Under the pieces are notes generated by a model. That model worked only from the letters and a program-made list of their open reading frames with translations. It did not search any database and was not told where the DNA came from. The position numbers and the translations under genes were made by a program. A DNA stretch of 63,942 nucleotides, filler included, from Octopus bimaculoides (Eukaryota), in the NCBI RefSeq assembly GCF_001194135.2. It is 6 parts of 6 records of this genome, joined end to end, with 100 filler letters (N's around TTAATTAATTAA, not from the genome) between each part and the next. Parts side by side here need not be neighbours in the genome. Positions count along the whole stretch, not along the records: positions 1 to 14,102 come from NC_069004.1; positions 14,203 to 29,735 come from NC_068986.1; 4 more parts are not named here. One strand, 5' to 3'. Each line of letters starts with the position of its first letter. Position 1 is the first letter of the stretch. Positions 14,029-27,766 of the stretch are shown here, in pieces.

Positions 14029-14102
14029 CTGGAATTGCATAAATCAAACATTTAATATCATCATATATATATATATTATGTATATATATATGTATATATA
14101 TA

Positions 14103-14202
14103 NNNNNNNNNNNNNNNNNNNNNNNNNNNNNNNNNNNNNNNNNNNNTTAATTAATTAANNNNNNNNNNNNNNNNNNNNNNNNNNNNNNNNNNNNNNNNNN
14201 NN
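14103..14202. other. Assembly join spacer (44 N + TTAATTAATTAA + 44 N), also centred at 29780, 45955, 50125 and 58412
   Basis: An identical 12-mer with stops in all six frames is embedded in fixed 100-bp gaps. Confidence 0.95.
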
Positions 14203-14773
14203 ATATATATATATATATATATATACGAGTGTATGTGTGTGTTTGTGTCAGCGTTTCTCTCCCAGTGCTGCTTGACAACCGGTGCTAGTATGTTTACGTC
14301 CCCGTAACTTATGGGTTTGGAAAGAGAGTCCGATAGAATAAGTACTAGACTTAGAAAAATAAGCACTGAGATCGATTTGATCGAGTAAACCATTGAAGGC
14401 TGTTTCAGCATGGCCACTGTTCAGTGATTGAAACAAATAAAGGAGAAATGATATGGCCCCAAATTTCAGGCAGGAGCACATAAAAGAACGAAACAATACA
14501 TACATACATACACACATACATATACACGCACATGCATACACGCACACACACGCGCGCGCGCGCGCACACACACACACACACATACACACACACACTCACT
14601 CACACTCAGAATAAAAGATGATTGTTAAAAAGGTGATTGTGAATAGCAACAAAGTATTTACAAAACAGTTATATAGAAGTGAATATTATAAATATGTATG
14701 TATGTATGTATGTATATGTATACTTTTATGTTCTACTTTTCTTTATCTATCTATCTATCTATATCTATATCTA

Positions 14774-14859
<86 letters not shown>

Positions 14860-14929
14860 GGAGTAAGCACATGAAATGTGCAGCAAGGTGGAAAAAAGAG
14901 TACTCAAATACCAGAGATAGAGTAATATG

Positions 14930-15196
14930 CTTTATTTAAAAGCAGCAGAAATATAACAAAAGACTGTTACTCTGAGTTTCACGTTCCCGTTCATCGGACA
15001 GTTTTGGTTTGTGCATTACGCATCCATGACCGTTATTTGAAACGACCAATGAAACGAATCCATGTGTTTTAAATTTTGTATTACTTTCGATTGCATTGTT
15101 ATTCCTTCCCCATTTCTAACAAAACTGTCCGATGAACGGGAACGTGAAACTCAGAGTAACAGTCTTTTGTTATATTTCTGCTGCTTTTAAATAAAG
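14930..15196. repeat. Perfect 77-bp inverted repeat (14930-15006 / 15120-15196), Penelope pseudo-LTR-like
   Basis: The arms are exact reverse complements (ctttatttaaaagcagcag...tcatcggacagttttg) around a 113-nt spacer. Confidence 0.92.
15124..15163 (+). ncRNA. Minimal type I hammerhead-like motif (CCGAUGA variant core), mirrored at 14963-15002 minus
   Basis: actgt-ccgatga-acg(ggaa)cgt-gaa-actc(a)gagt-a-acagt gives stems I, II and III and a GUA cleavage triplet. Confidence 0.6.
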
Positions 15197-15598
15197 TATA
15201 TATATTTGTATGTGTATATATATATATTTACATGTATGTGTGGTGTGTGTGCATGTGCGTGTGTGTATACGTATGTATTTGCCATAGAGTCATATATGTT
15301 TCCATGCCTACAATAATACTTTTTGTGATTCCTATTTTTACTTCTTAAAGTGTCAAACGTCTCCTGAGTTTCCAAACAACGGTTACATCAAAAATTACAC
15401 CTCTTTGTTATTCCATGCCAACCAGTCAACGTTCCATATTATATTTAAACATTTTTTTTACTACACATTCATTATATGCCAACTTTTATGTTCTACTTCT
15501 CTTTATTATCTATAAAATGGCAACGGATATTTCAGAGTAATGTCCTCTATAGTTTCGGTTTCTAATAATTGATATCTACGTATACGCTTTTGTATAAG

Positions 15599-15997
15599 CA
15601 AGGTGGTCCAGAAGTAACCGAATCCTATTGAATTTATTGAATATTACTAATTGCAGATGGATAGACTGCCGCGGACCCGTGGAATGGCCTGGAAGGTCTC
15701 CAGACCTCAGTTCTCCGGACTTCTTTCTCTACGGAGTACTCAAGAAATCAGATGTTCAGCGCTAAACTAAAAACTTTCAATGATCTGAAACAGAGCATCA
15801 TAAATCCCTGACAAGATATTACGCCGGTGTTGTACCAAAAAGTCACTAATTCAACCATTGAACGCTGTCGTAACTAAACTGCAAACAATGGTTTACATTT
15901 TGAACATCTGCTGTAACTTTGTGTAATAAAAATTTCTGTTCCATTTATTTGTAACCTTTAACAATAATTAAAGTTCGGTTACTTCCGGGTCACTCTG
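15599..15997 (+). mobile_element. Internally deleted Tc1/mariner DNA transposon
   Basis: 24-bp TIRs with 19/24 match (caaggtggtccagaagtaaccgaa / ttcggttacttccgggtcactctg) and a TA flank. Interior encodes RSPDLSSPDFFLYGVLKNQMF...GLHFEHLL*, the transposase C-terminus. Confidence 0.85.
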
Positions 15998-16415
15998 TAT
16001 AACTAAGTTACTGTATTCACCAAACTCAAATGCCTTACCATTTTCTAATTAGTCTCATTCCTCATCCATTGCCAGATCACTCCTTTGTAAATCTCCAAAT
16101 ACTGCTTTCACTTGTATCAACTTAAAAATCCATACCTTTACATATTTACAAATTTATATATTGTATTTTAAATGTGAGTTTGGAGTGGAAACACGTGTAG
16201 CTCATAAAGACCATAATAAAATGCTGTGTAAAATTGTAAAATAAGAGGAAATAAATTTTGAGGACGAACGAATTTCCATATTCTATATCGTTATAATTGT
16301 TGCTAATATATTGTATTTTAATTATTTCCCCTGTACTCAGTGTAAGGTCAACTATATATAATTAATGATTATACTTTATCCCCGCTTTTTACGAGTATAT
16401 TTTTTACGTATTTAA

Positions 16416-16454
<39 letters not shown>

Positions 16455-16711
16455 CCACACACACATATATCCCAGACAAGCCCTGTATTTCAGGCGTAGG
16501 CATGTATGCTTTATGGTTTTTGGTTCAGTCCCAATGCATGGCACCTTGGATTCGTATATTTTACTATAATACCAAAGCCTTATGAGTGGATTTGGTAGAC
16601 GGAAACTGTGTGGAAGCTCATCGTCTCTCCCTCTCTCTACCTATCTATCTACACATGTGTGTACATGTATGTACATATATGTATGTATATAAATACATAC
16701 ATACATATACA

Positions 16712-16760
<49 letters not shown>

Positions 16761-16761
<1 letters not shown>

Positions 16762-17399
16762 GGAGACCACTAGGTGGACTGTTAATGTGCTAGAAGATCA
16801 CATGTAATGCATCTACTAAGACCGAATTGTTCTCAAAGAAAAATTTAGCGAAGCAACAAAACGTATACGGGCAAGACGAGTAAAAATTACACAAATACAT
16901 GCAATGTTATCCGCAGACCGGTTTCGAAATTAATATTTCCTTACCGAAAATATCTGTTTCTCATCAGTACGGACTGCCAAAGAAATATAATTCCCAGAAT
17001 CGTATACTAGTTGTTCCCCACGAATGAAGAACATGCACATGGTTCTGCTAATTATATTTATGGTAAGATTCAAAAGTCTTCATTTTGGCGCGCTAAATCC
17101 GGAAATATCACTGCAGAAAATGGTTTCCGCATCGAATATACCAACTTTGAGATCGTGGTTAAGGTTAATTAAATTAAAACAGCAGGGTAAAAAATTGGAT
17201 ATTAATTAATAACAATTTAATACCAGGGAACAAGAACATTGAAAGAATGAAGTAGATTCAGAAAAAGTATCTGAGATCTCAAAGGATTATTGTATATGTA
17301 TATATAAAGGAGACCACTTGGTGGACTGTTAATGAGCTAGAAGAAGATCACATGTAATGTGTCTACTAAAACCGAATTGTTCTCAAAGAAAAATTTAGC
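16761..17399. repeat. ~90-bp direct repeats (16761-16849, 17308-17399) flanking the hammerhead-containing segment
   Basis: aggagaccac..ggtggactgttaatg..ttctcaaagaaaaatttagc occurs twice, each copy preceded by TA-rich microsatellite. Confidence 0.85.
16911..16972 (-). ncRNA. Type I hammerhead ribozyme (canonical core), Penelope/retrozyme-type
   Basis: Minus strand reads ccgta-CTGATGA-gaaa..atattt..aaatat..tttc-GAA-accggt-c-tgcgg. It has a 5-bp stem I, an extended stem II, palindromic stem III ACCGGT and a GUC triplet. Confidence 0.8.
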
Positions 17400-18428
17400 A
17401 CGCACACACTATATATATATATATAATCGACCTCGGCGGAATTTGAACTCAGAAGGTAGCGGCAAACAAAATACCACTAAGCATTTTGTCCAGCGTGCTA
17501 ACGTTTCTGCCAGCTCGCTGCCTTACGTGAGCTAAATATTGCCTTGAAGAACATACTTTAAACTCTAGTAAAGCTGATAACAGCGTAAACCGGGTAGTAA
17601 AACGTGTTTTCTTTTCCTATTCCTATAAAACTTCTTTGGTTAAAGCATGCACTTTTTTTTATATAGGAAAACTTTTCAGTAAAATGTGATTCTCTTTTTT
17701 TTGTGTGTATGTAAAACTCACTCTGAAAATATACACTAATAAACTTACAATAAAACTTTTATATAAAACACATCTTTTTTTTCTACAGAAACATAACATT
17801 GTGTCTTTATTTTCGTATATATAGATATATATTAGAAGTATTTACCTTCTATGCTAAAAAATAAAACTTATTTTATTCATATATGTACATACAACAATTC
17901 AAAGCATTTCCAATACTTTCTTTTCCCTGTATTTTCCATATGTGTTGTGTGTGCGTGTATGTGAGTGTGTGCGTGTGTGGGTATGTGTGTGTGTCTGTGT
18001 GTGCGTGTATGTATGTATATATGTATATACGTTTGTAAACACACACACACATATATGTATGTATGTATGTGTTTGTATATTAGTGTTAACACTGTGAATA
18101 TTGCGCTTTGGCAGTGACTTGGGAGTTTATAAAGAGAGATTTTGTAGTTTATAGTTTTGCAGGGGAGCAAAATGCATCAAGCCGAAGAGATCAATGATAG
18201 AGTAAGTCTTTGAAATTACAGACGAAGAGGATTCCTCGTTGACTTGAAGCATAGTTGCGGTTTAGCTCCAGTTCATTCCTGATTGAGCAGACCATTGATA
18301 AAAGCTTTCTCGCTACGATTATCTGTTCTTTTTCTATATCAGACACTATTTCTCTTATGTATGCTTCCATTTTGAAGATGCCTAACTCAGTCACTTACAC
18401 ACACACACGCTCTACCCCTGTCTCCTTC

Positions 18429-18519
<91 letters not shown>

Positions 18520-18692
18520 GCTAGCTAGCTATTTGTCTGTCTGTCTATTTGTATGCTTGCCTATCTGTTTATCTGTTTGTCTGTTTGTCTTTTTGTCTGT
18601 CTGTTTGTCTGCCAGTGTAACTCTTTTACGCTCTATCCGCTCGTTCACTATTTATTTCTCATACACTATATTTATTTGCCTGTGTCTTCACA

Positions 18693-18772
<80 letters not shown>

Positions 18773-18985
18773 TCGCCTTCTTTCTTGACTATTCACAACC
18801 AAAAGAAAAAAAAACAACTTTATATACCCGGCCTAGGTATGTGGTACGAAGCTTGCTTCCAAACCACATGATTCCGGATACAGTCCCACTGCGGGGCACC
18901 TTGGGCAAGTGTCTTCTACCATAGCCTCGGGCCGACCAAAACCTTGTGAGTGGATTTGGTAGATGGAAACTGAGAGAAGCCCGTC

Positions 18986-19019
<34 letters not shown>

Positions 19020-20549
19020 AAATAGTAAATGAGTATATGCATATATACGTACAGGTATGTGCGTATCGACATTCACCTGTATGTATAGGTGCATATCTGG
19101 GTACAGGACATTGCAAACAAAACGTAGACGAGAAAACACACAAGCCACATAGAGAACATTCTACTTCATCAGCTACCCCCGNNNNNNNNNNNNNGAGCTG
19201 GGCAGGACGCATCGTTAAAACGGCTCTTCCCATGGACCGCAAATTAAATTTGTATACACAAATTAAATCTTGCCATGGAGGAATGTAGTGGCGGACAAAA
19301 AACAAGACAGGAAAACAAACAGAAAAGGCTTAACGGCCAGACGAGAAAAATTATGTGTATGAACGCTGTGAGGCACGAACTTGAAAGGGACGAAGTAGTT
19401 CGCGTGTTTGCTCGGCGATAGCCAAGGAAGAAAAGGATTATTAACCGGAAGCATGTGACCATGCCGGTGTAAGGGGAAGAGAGAGGGTGGTAGAGGAAGG
19501 TCTGTATGTATGTATCTGTGTGTGTAGCCTGTGTGTCTGTATTTATCCCCTATCACCGCTTGACAACCGGTGTTGGTGTGTTTATGTCCCCGTAACTTAA
19601 GGGTTCGGTAAGAAAGGCCGATAGAATAAGTACTAAGCTTTAAAAGTAAGTTCTGAGGTCGATTTGTTCGACTAAAATTCTTCAAGGCGATGCTACCTAC
19701 CTACCTACCTACCTACCTACCTACCTACCTACCTACCTACCTACCTACATACATACATACATACATACATACATACATACATGCATACATACATACATAT
19801 GGCTTTCGGTTTTAGCATCCGCAAAACACCTTGACGGTACTGAATGGAATTGAATGATATTCAATATATGTCATTGCTACGAGCATTTTTTGTAGGGTGG
19901 GGGTGGGGGTCAACGAAATTTTGAAAACTACAAATCATTTTCTCAGTCCATTTGGAAACTCACAGTACAAGGTTCAGAGTGCCGTCCTATAACATGGAGC
20001 ATCGTCGACGAATCAGCATACGTAAACGGATCACAAAACTGCAAGCTTTACCTAACAGAAAAGATCGATATTAAAACAGTAAACGAGATCAATTATCTGT
20101 GTGTCAGATATATCTTATACCAGTTGTCATCGGAAGAGGATTCTTTTGGATAATTTCAAGGGATCTGAAAGTTCCAGACTCAGACTCACCGCGTGTAGTT
20201 CATAGCTATCAAATTTAATGAGCGCCGCGAAGTATTTGCACTTGACAACCATAACTCTAGACTGGTTAGTCGCTTTTTACACTAAAATAACTCATTTATC
20301 TTCGTTCTTCGGTCTGCAATACATTCTACCAAGTGGTACACCCTGAACGATGGAAATTGGCCTGGCTAGAGCTTTGCAGGCATAACTTTATTACTATCTA
20401 TTCTTTGACTGGTCACACATACCTTGTATGTGTGAATCTCTGAGTAACAATGGAGTGATTCGGCAACTGTATACCAATTAAAATAAACTTTATACTATAT
20501 GTTTAGTGTTCTTTTCTTTCGTTTACAACGAAAGCATGTACATGTGTGT

Positions 20550-20595
<46 letters not shown>

Positions 20596-22362
20596 CGCGT
20601 TTGGGCTTGAGTTGTGCGTGCGTGTGTTGGCAGGTATATATGTGCATATATATATATATATATATACACGCGCACTCACATATATGTATATTTACATAAA
20701 TATATATCTATATAAAGTTATGCATACATCTATTTACTACACATGAATGTATGTGTGTGTGTGTATATATATATATATGCACACACATATATATGTTTCT
20801 ATATAAATATATATGTATATATACATACACATGTTTATATATGCAGGAGACACGGTTGCAAATGTATTATTATGACATCATAGAATACATAATATTTACG
20901 TAGTTAGATGCAATAATAGTTTTAGTGGTAGAGAAGCAAAAGATAACCATAAAACTTCGGATCCTTATGAACTCGATCACATTCAACAGATCAACGTCTT
21001 AAACTGTAATTTTAGAACGACGTCTACTTGCCCCCATAGAGGCAACTGTTTGATGCGCAATGTTATCTACAGGTATAGCATAATTACTGCAAGCGATAGC
21101 CGTTACTATATTGCATCTATTTTTAGTTCTTTAAAATGTCGTTGTAACCTACACACACAGAACATTAGGAATGAACAATTACGCAATTTAACTAGTCAGG
21201 TTCAAGACATCTTTAAATCTTTAAATACAGAATACTATCTATATTAGGACACCTTAAGAAAGGCCCTTTCATACGTTAGAAATACAGAGTGCAGATAATA
21301 CTCAAAGATTCCTGTTTTTCAAAAGCGGTGGAAGTATTTTCAGGGAGATTTGACTTCTATTTCTTTCAGAAAAGTGACCACGAAGATGTCCAATTCTGCA
21401 TTGTCAGCGAATACATAACTCTACTCCGTCGGTCACAAATGATCATGGGTGCACCTAAATGGTTCCCCTCCGGGATACAAGTCTGAACGAAAAGTCGCAT
21501 CATCGGCGAGTGCACACTCTAGGGTTGTTGTTATGGAAGACCAGCAGTCGCCCATGCATAACATACATGCCACGCCACCGATGTTATCCAAGGGAAAGGC
21601 AAAGGCCGATACAGCTTGGCACCAGTGACCTCGCAACTCATTTCTACAGCTGAGTGAACTGGAGCAACGTGAAATAAAGTGTCTTGCTCAAGAACACAAC
21701 ACACAGCCTGGTCCGGGAATCAAATTCACAACCTCACGATCGTAAGCTCGACGTTCTAAGCACTGAGCCATGCGCCTTCCCACACACACACACACACACA
21801 CACACGCGCGCAGACGCACACACACACACACACACATAAATTCTGGGTAGTAACGGAATGAATCACAAACTAAATCTAACTAAATATAAACACTAAATTA
21901 TAAAGACTGCCTCATGCATTGGGAACATCCTCCTGCGAGTGTATAATAAAAACACAATGTAATATATGTAAACGTATACAAGGCAGCGAGCTGGCAGAAT
22001 CGTTAGCTCGCCGGGCGAAATGCCTTACGACATTTCGTCTATCCTTACGTTCACCTCAAATTCCGCCGAGGTTGACTTTGCCTTTCATCCCTTCGAGGTC
22101 GATAAAATAAGTACCAGTTAAGTGCTAGGGGTCGATGTAATCTACTTACCTCTCCTCCAAAATTACTGGCCTTGTACTAAAATTTGAAATCAGTCCATGT
22201 ATAAGTATGCGTCTATCTATCTATCTATCTATTTATCTATCTATCTATCTCCCTCGCTATCTATTTATTATACATGTTCGTATAAATGTACATATGTGCC
22301 TATGAGTATATATTACATATGTATATATGTATATGTACTACATACATATATATGTATGTATG

Positions 22363-22407
<45 letters not shown>

Positions 22408-23833
22408 NNNNNNNNNNNNNNNNNNNNNNNNNNNNNNNNNNNNACTCTGTGGTATGGATATAACCTAATCCAAAGGATTAGCTGTGAACAATCGATATAT
22501 TTAGATATGATAATAATACCTTTTCCATTTGAAATGATAAAATCAATAAATAGATAAATAATCAAAGAACGAGAACAAATAAATATAGAAAGCCATTTTT
22601 GGAATTGAAAATACCAGTAACTTAGAGAAAATAAGACAAAAAATAATAATAAATATATTAAAAACTAATAGAAAAGTAAATAGAAGGAAAGACGACATCA
22701 AGAAATTGTTGGAAGTTAAGCTGGGCCTAATCATATCATCATATTTAGTTTGGTAAGCTCAAGCTTTATAATATTTTTCTATCCTGTTATTAGCTATTTA
22801 AAGAAAATACACGGCATACTGATAAGGGAGATATACAATAATACAGAGCGTAACCTCAATATAGTTAGATCTATATGGCCTGCATTAACTTAACTGCTGC
22901 GTTGTAATCGCTTAAGATATTATTTCGGATTAATGGAACCATAGTCAGTATTTCGGTATTCTTTTTTGCGTGGCAATATTCTAAAGAAATAGTAAGTTGA
23001 AGGTCAGATATTCAATCAAGGAGAGTAGTATCTACCGCCAGCTAGAGATTTGATTGACTTCTGTTGAGCCGTTAGGATGTCAGCCTGTTACTGGATGAAG
23101 GGTTGAAGGTTCGTATCATGTCACTGAAGTTATGTTGTATAGCTTAGTTAAAAATAAGGATAGGATTGGGGTATTTATCCGACATATTAACAAGATTAAC
23201 AAGTCAACTGTTTGAACTTTCGTAATCAAAAGTGTCCACCAATAAATGGAAAAGATCGAGAGTTGTGACATTTGATCTAATCCTAAAGGTATTAGCAGAA
23301 TAAATGATATAGCTACGAGCGATATGCGAACTTTGTACGCAATCTCGGTTCATCGGTAGATTACCAACTTTGCCACGGTGTTTGCTGTTAAGTCTTCGGT
23401 AAAGACATTTAATTACCTTTTGTCTCGTCAAGTCTCTCGGGCTGGAAATGTAATATTCTTAAATTGATTGTTTCAGTTCACCATCTGTAAAGAGCGGGAT
23501 GACTTGATAATTGAATAGTGTTTAGTCATAGGTTCGAGTGATGGGTTCCAATCCTTCCACGAACAAAACCTGTTGTTCACTGTCTTTCCAATTTAGAGTG
23601 AAAGATTTGCCCTGCTTCCTAACATCTTAATGCTGTGAAAACAGGGTTTAAGCTCCCTGTATACTCTATTTACCGCACACGAGCCAACGAGAGTGTCTCT
23701 TCAGGGTCACTCGATCCTGTAAACATGCTCTTCCGTATATCAGTGTGAGTCACATACCGCATAAGTGGCACAATAGACAGTATGTGAGTGACGCTGAGAC
23801 ACGGAAGGGCTTGGACACCTTCGATCATATGTA

Positions 23834-24056
23834 TAGTAATCCCTCGCCATATCGCGGTTCGCCTATCGCGGTTTATTATAATTGATACCGCCGTGGTGTT
23901 GTTTTGCATTTACGATAAAATAGATATATATACAAATTATAAACAGAATTAAAAAATCTTTTATTACAGTACTGTTTCTACTTCGTGGATTTTCACCTAT
24001 CGCGGGAGTGGGGGTGGGGTTGGAACCTAACACCTGCGATAGTCGAAGGATTACTA
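23834..24056. mobile_element. pogo/Tigger-like MITE
   Basis: TIR tagtaatccctcg / cgaaggattacta with TA on both sides, about 220 bp. Confidence 0.75.
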
Positions 24057-25695
24057 TATTCTCGGAGAGGGCTGATCTGAGACTAACATCGTCGTCGTCG
24101 ATGACGACGGATTTTTCTTGATTGTAGCTGAATCACGAAGATTTGTGGCGATAAAACATGTTCGAATCACATTCCAACAACTTGCGCTATTCTCAATATC
24201 TCAGCTATTCCCTACCCGTCTTATGTATTGATTTATAAACGAATGTATCATCGGTATGGTTTAACTAGATAGGGTGGGGAATCTGATCAGTTATGTATTT
24301 ATTTATCTCAAATACATATGTAAAATCAAATCAATACTCAGGAAGCCATTGAAGTGAGAGAAGGGCTTTTTCGATCGCATGAATTGCTAGAAATAGTAAC
24401 CGAATATCCCAAATATCTCTCAAATCACTCTGTGCTGTCTTAAAAAAATAAAAGATACGTTAAATAATGTTTTCCTAGATGCACTGTGCCTAAGAGAAAA
24501 AAGAGAAACGGAGCGATAGTCATGGCTGGTTGTTTTTGAACGTAGATATGATGGATCAAGGCTGACCATCGAACTAGGGCTAACTTAAAATTACAAGATT
24601 TATAAGTCAGTCAAAGCACAAAGCCAGAAATTTATTTCACGTTGCTCCAATCCACTCATCTGACAAAAATGAATAGTACCTGTATTTCAAGGGGTCAGCC
24701 TTGTCACATTCTGTGTCACACAGAATCACTCTGACAAGTATGTGAAGGAGCACGCATGTCCGTGGAGTGGTCAGCCGCTTGCACGTTAATCTCACGAGCA
24801 AGCTGTTCCGTTGAGTGGATCAACTGGAACTCTCGTCGTCGTAAGCGACGGAGTGCCAGTTATATATATATATATCTGAACGAAAGAACAAAAGACAAAC
24901 TCGACCCATTGTCTAGTAAAATACTCTAAAAGATTTTTTAAAGAAATTAAATTACAAAGAGCACGTTTAATTTTTTTTTTCTTTTTTACTACTAGTGGCT
25001 ATTATAGCTAGATTGCTATTTATTCTCATAAGACCAAAAAGGAAAGCACAAATTTTATATACGACACTTACTATACTGTACAGATTGATTGATAGAACAA
25101 GCAAAAGTGTGTTTCAGGTCATGAAATAAAAGTCGGTACTTTTCTCTGATGTTAACACTAAGCATCACCTCTGGCGATGTAAGCAACAAATAGGTTCCTC
25201 ATAATTTGATTTGTAGAAGAAAAAACAATAGAGAATTTTATGTTCGGTAAAGGACTTTATAGCACCCCTCCTCCCTCCAGGTCATCCAAAAGTGTTTAAA
25301 TATCTGTTTCTATTTTCGGATTATTTCAGGAGCTTTTTGTTTGTCTAATCATTGTTTTTTTTTTAGTTTTGATATTTTTATCCTCCACCACTTTTACTTT
25401 ATTGTGAGATTTTTCAAACTACTTCGGTGTGTATGAAATAAGAATGGATTTGTCCAGTGATTAATATCGCATCTCAGCTCATAGGAAAAAAGATCAAAGA
25501 ATCAACGTTAAAGTCCGAGGAAACCAGCAATGGTCTGCGTCAGTAAAAATTAGTCAATAAAATTCGCAAAAATTACACTAACGTAGTTTTGCTTCTTTGG
25601 TCTTCAACATCTCGACACGATTGGTCTTTGTGTATCAGTTTATGATAACTATACGTACATGTAATACATTCATATACATACATACATACATACAA

Positions 25696-25727
<32 letters not shown>

Positions 25728-25775
25728 GCATATACATATATATATGCACATGTATATACATATATATGTGTGTGG

Positions 25776-25817
<42 letters not shown>

Positions 25818-26130
25818 AATATGTATATACACATATGTATATGTATGTACATATATAATATATATNNNNNNNNNNNNNNNNNNNNNNNNNNNNNNNNNNN
25901 NNNNNNNNNNNNNNNNNNNNNNNNNNNNNNNNNNNNNNNNNNNNNNNNNNNNNNNNNNNNNNNNNNNNNNNNNNNNNNNNNNNNNNNNNNNNNNNNNNNN
26001 NNNNNNNNNNNNNNNNNNNNNNNNNNNNNNNNNNNNNNNNNNNNNNNNNNNNNNNNNNNNNNNNNNNNNNNNNNNNNNNNNNNNNNNNNNNNNNNNNNNN
26101 NNNNNNNNNNNNNNNNNNNNNNNNNNNNNN

Positions 26131-26179
<49 letters not shown>

Positions 26180-26883
26180 ATATGTATAAGTGTGTATACT
26201 CACACACACACAGATACATGCAAACGTACATACATACATACATACATTGACAGATAGATAGATAGATAGATAGATAGACAGATGTAGAGAGAAGGGGGAA
26301 AGAGAGAAAGGGAATGAGAGAGAGAGAATGGAGAGGGGGAGAAAGGGACAGAAAAAGAAATTTCGCTATCCTTTTTAGAGTCTCTTTTGGTGATCGCCAT
26401 AATACGACAGTAAGTTTCCACTGATCCAAATTCATAATGAGGTTTCCTATTCCCAATAGGATTTGTTTCATTAATCTATATTGATTTTTTTTTTTTTTTG
26501 CAGAAGCATAGGGCCGCAAGCTTGAGGGGAAGGAAGAGCACTTGACTCGTACTCGTTATGTCGCCAGTCTGCATTACGTTGAGAAATTGTACTGTTAACA
26601 GTACAATATTATGTTCCCGAGCTCTTGAGATTCAGCAGAATACGAAGTGATAAATTTGGTGCGTACTTCACAGAATACGATTCCATATCTCGTAGTTCTC
26701 CGTCTAAATATCCACCAAAATAAAAGTGGCCTGGTAATAAATGGAGTCAATTTAATCGACTATTCTTAAACATTAGTTATCTTCATTTTATCGTCTGATA
26801 CTCTAAACTGTAATCGTCGGTTATCAGAGTCCATTCTACAAAAATAAAAATAAAATTATTGTTATACTTGGGGTATTATTATT

Positions 26884-26925
<42 letters not shown>

Positions 26926-27694
26926 ATTGTTTTAGATTCTTTACCAAAATTGATTCGTCACACATCCTGTAACCTCTTCAGCGACTCTATCTCACGTGTC
27001 TCCAACAATTGGCAAAATATGACCATCCCCAAGTATAACAATATATGTTTCAATACACGATTTCACATCAAGAATTTGGAAAAAAAAAAAAAAAGAAACG
27101 AGTAAAATAATAAAAAATAATATTCTTTTTTAGAACAGTGGATCTCGAAACGTATGAAGCTATGAATAATAATTTTAGCACAAGGCCAGCAATTTCGGGG
27201 TTGAGGCAATACTATTACATTGACCCTAATGTATAAATGGTACTTATTTTATCGACTACGAAAGGATAGAAGGCAAAGTCAATCTCAGTGCCGCTAAGCA
27301 ATTTGCCCGGTGTGCTAACGATTTTACTAGGATCAAAAAATTCGAAGGCTGTCTGTGGGACTTGAAGCCATAATTCCTATAGACATGACTGGCGCTCGTC
27401 TATTGGATCAAAGTAATCCTTCGAATTTCTCTATCCATTTTAAAAACCTTATTCTTACCAGCGAGGCCAATTATAGAAAGTCTTTCATGCCTACAGGAAA
27501 CGTGAGTTCGAGCACTAAGAGCAGCCTTCGACTTTTTCTACTCCCGAATTTACATGCTGTTTATTTATAGCTATGTGTGCTTCGAGATCCACTGTTCTAA
27601 AAAAGAATTATTTCACTTCTCAAAATTTTATAAATTCTTATGACATTAAAAATAAATACGTATATAAATGAAACCAATGCCACCAGATCTCTTG

Positions 27695-27766
<72 letters not shown>

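Noticed and set aside
14147-14158. Recurrent palindrome TTAATTAATTAA
   Set aside because: It always sits in the centre of a 100-bp N gap, so it is an assembly spacer and has no biological meaning.
16170-16210. gaaacacgtgtagctca, half of a hammerhead like the one at 31772
   Set aside because: No CUGANGA core upstream. At best a degenerate remnant.
26586-26607. Perfect 22-bp palindrome attgtactgttaacagtacaat
   Set aside because: An 11-bp arm in 64 kb of AT-rich DNA is within reach of chance, and there is no supporting context.
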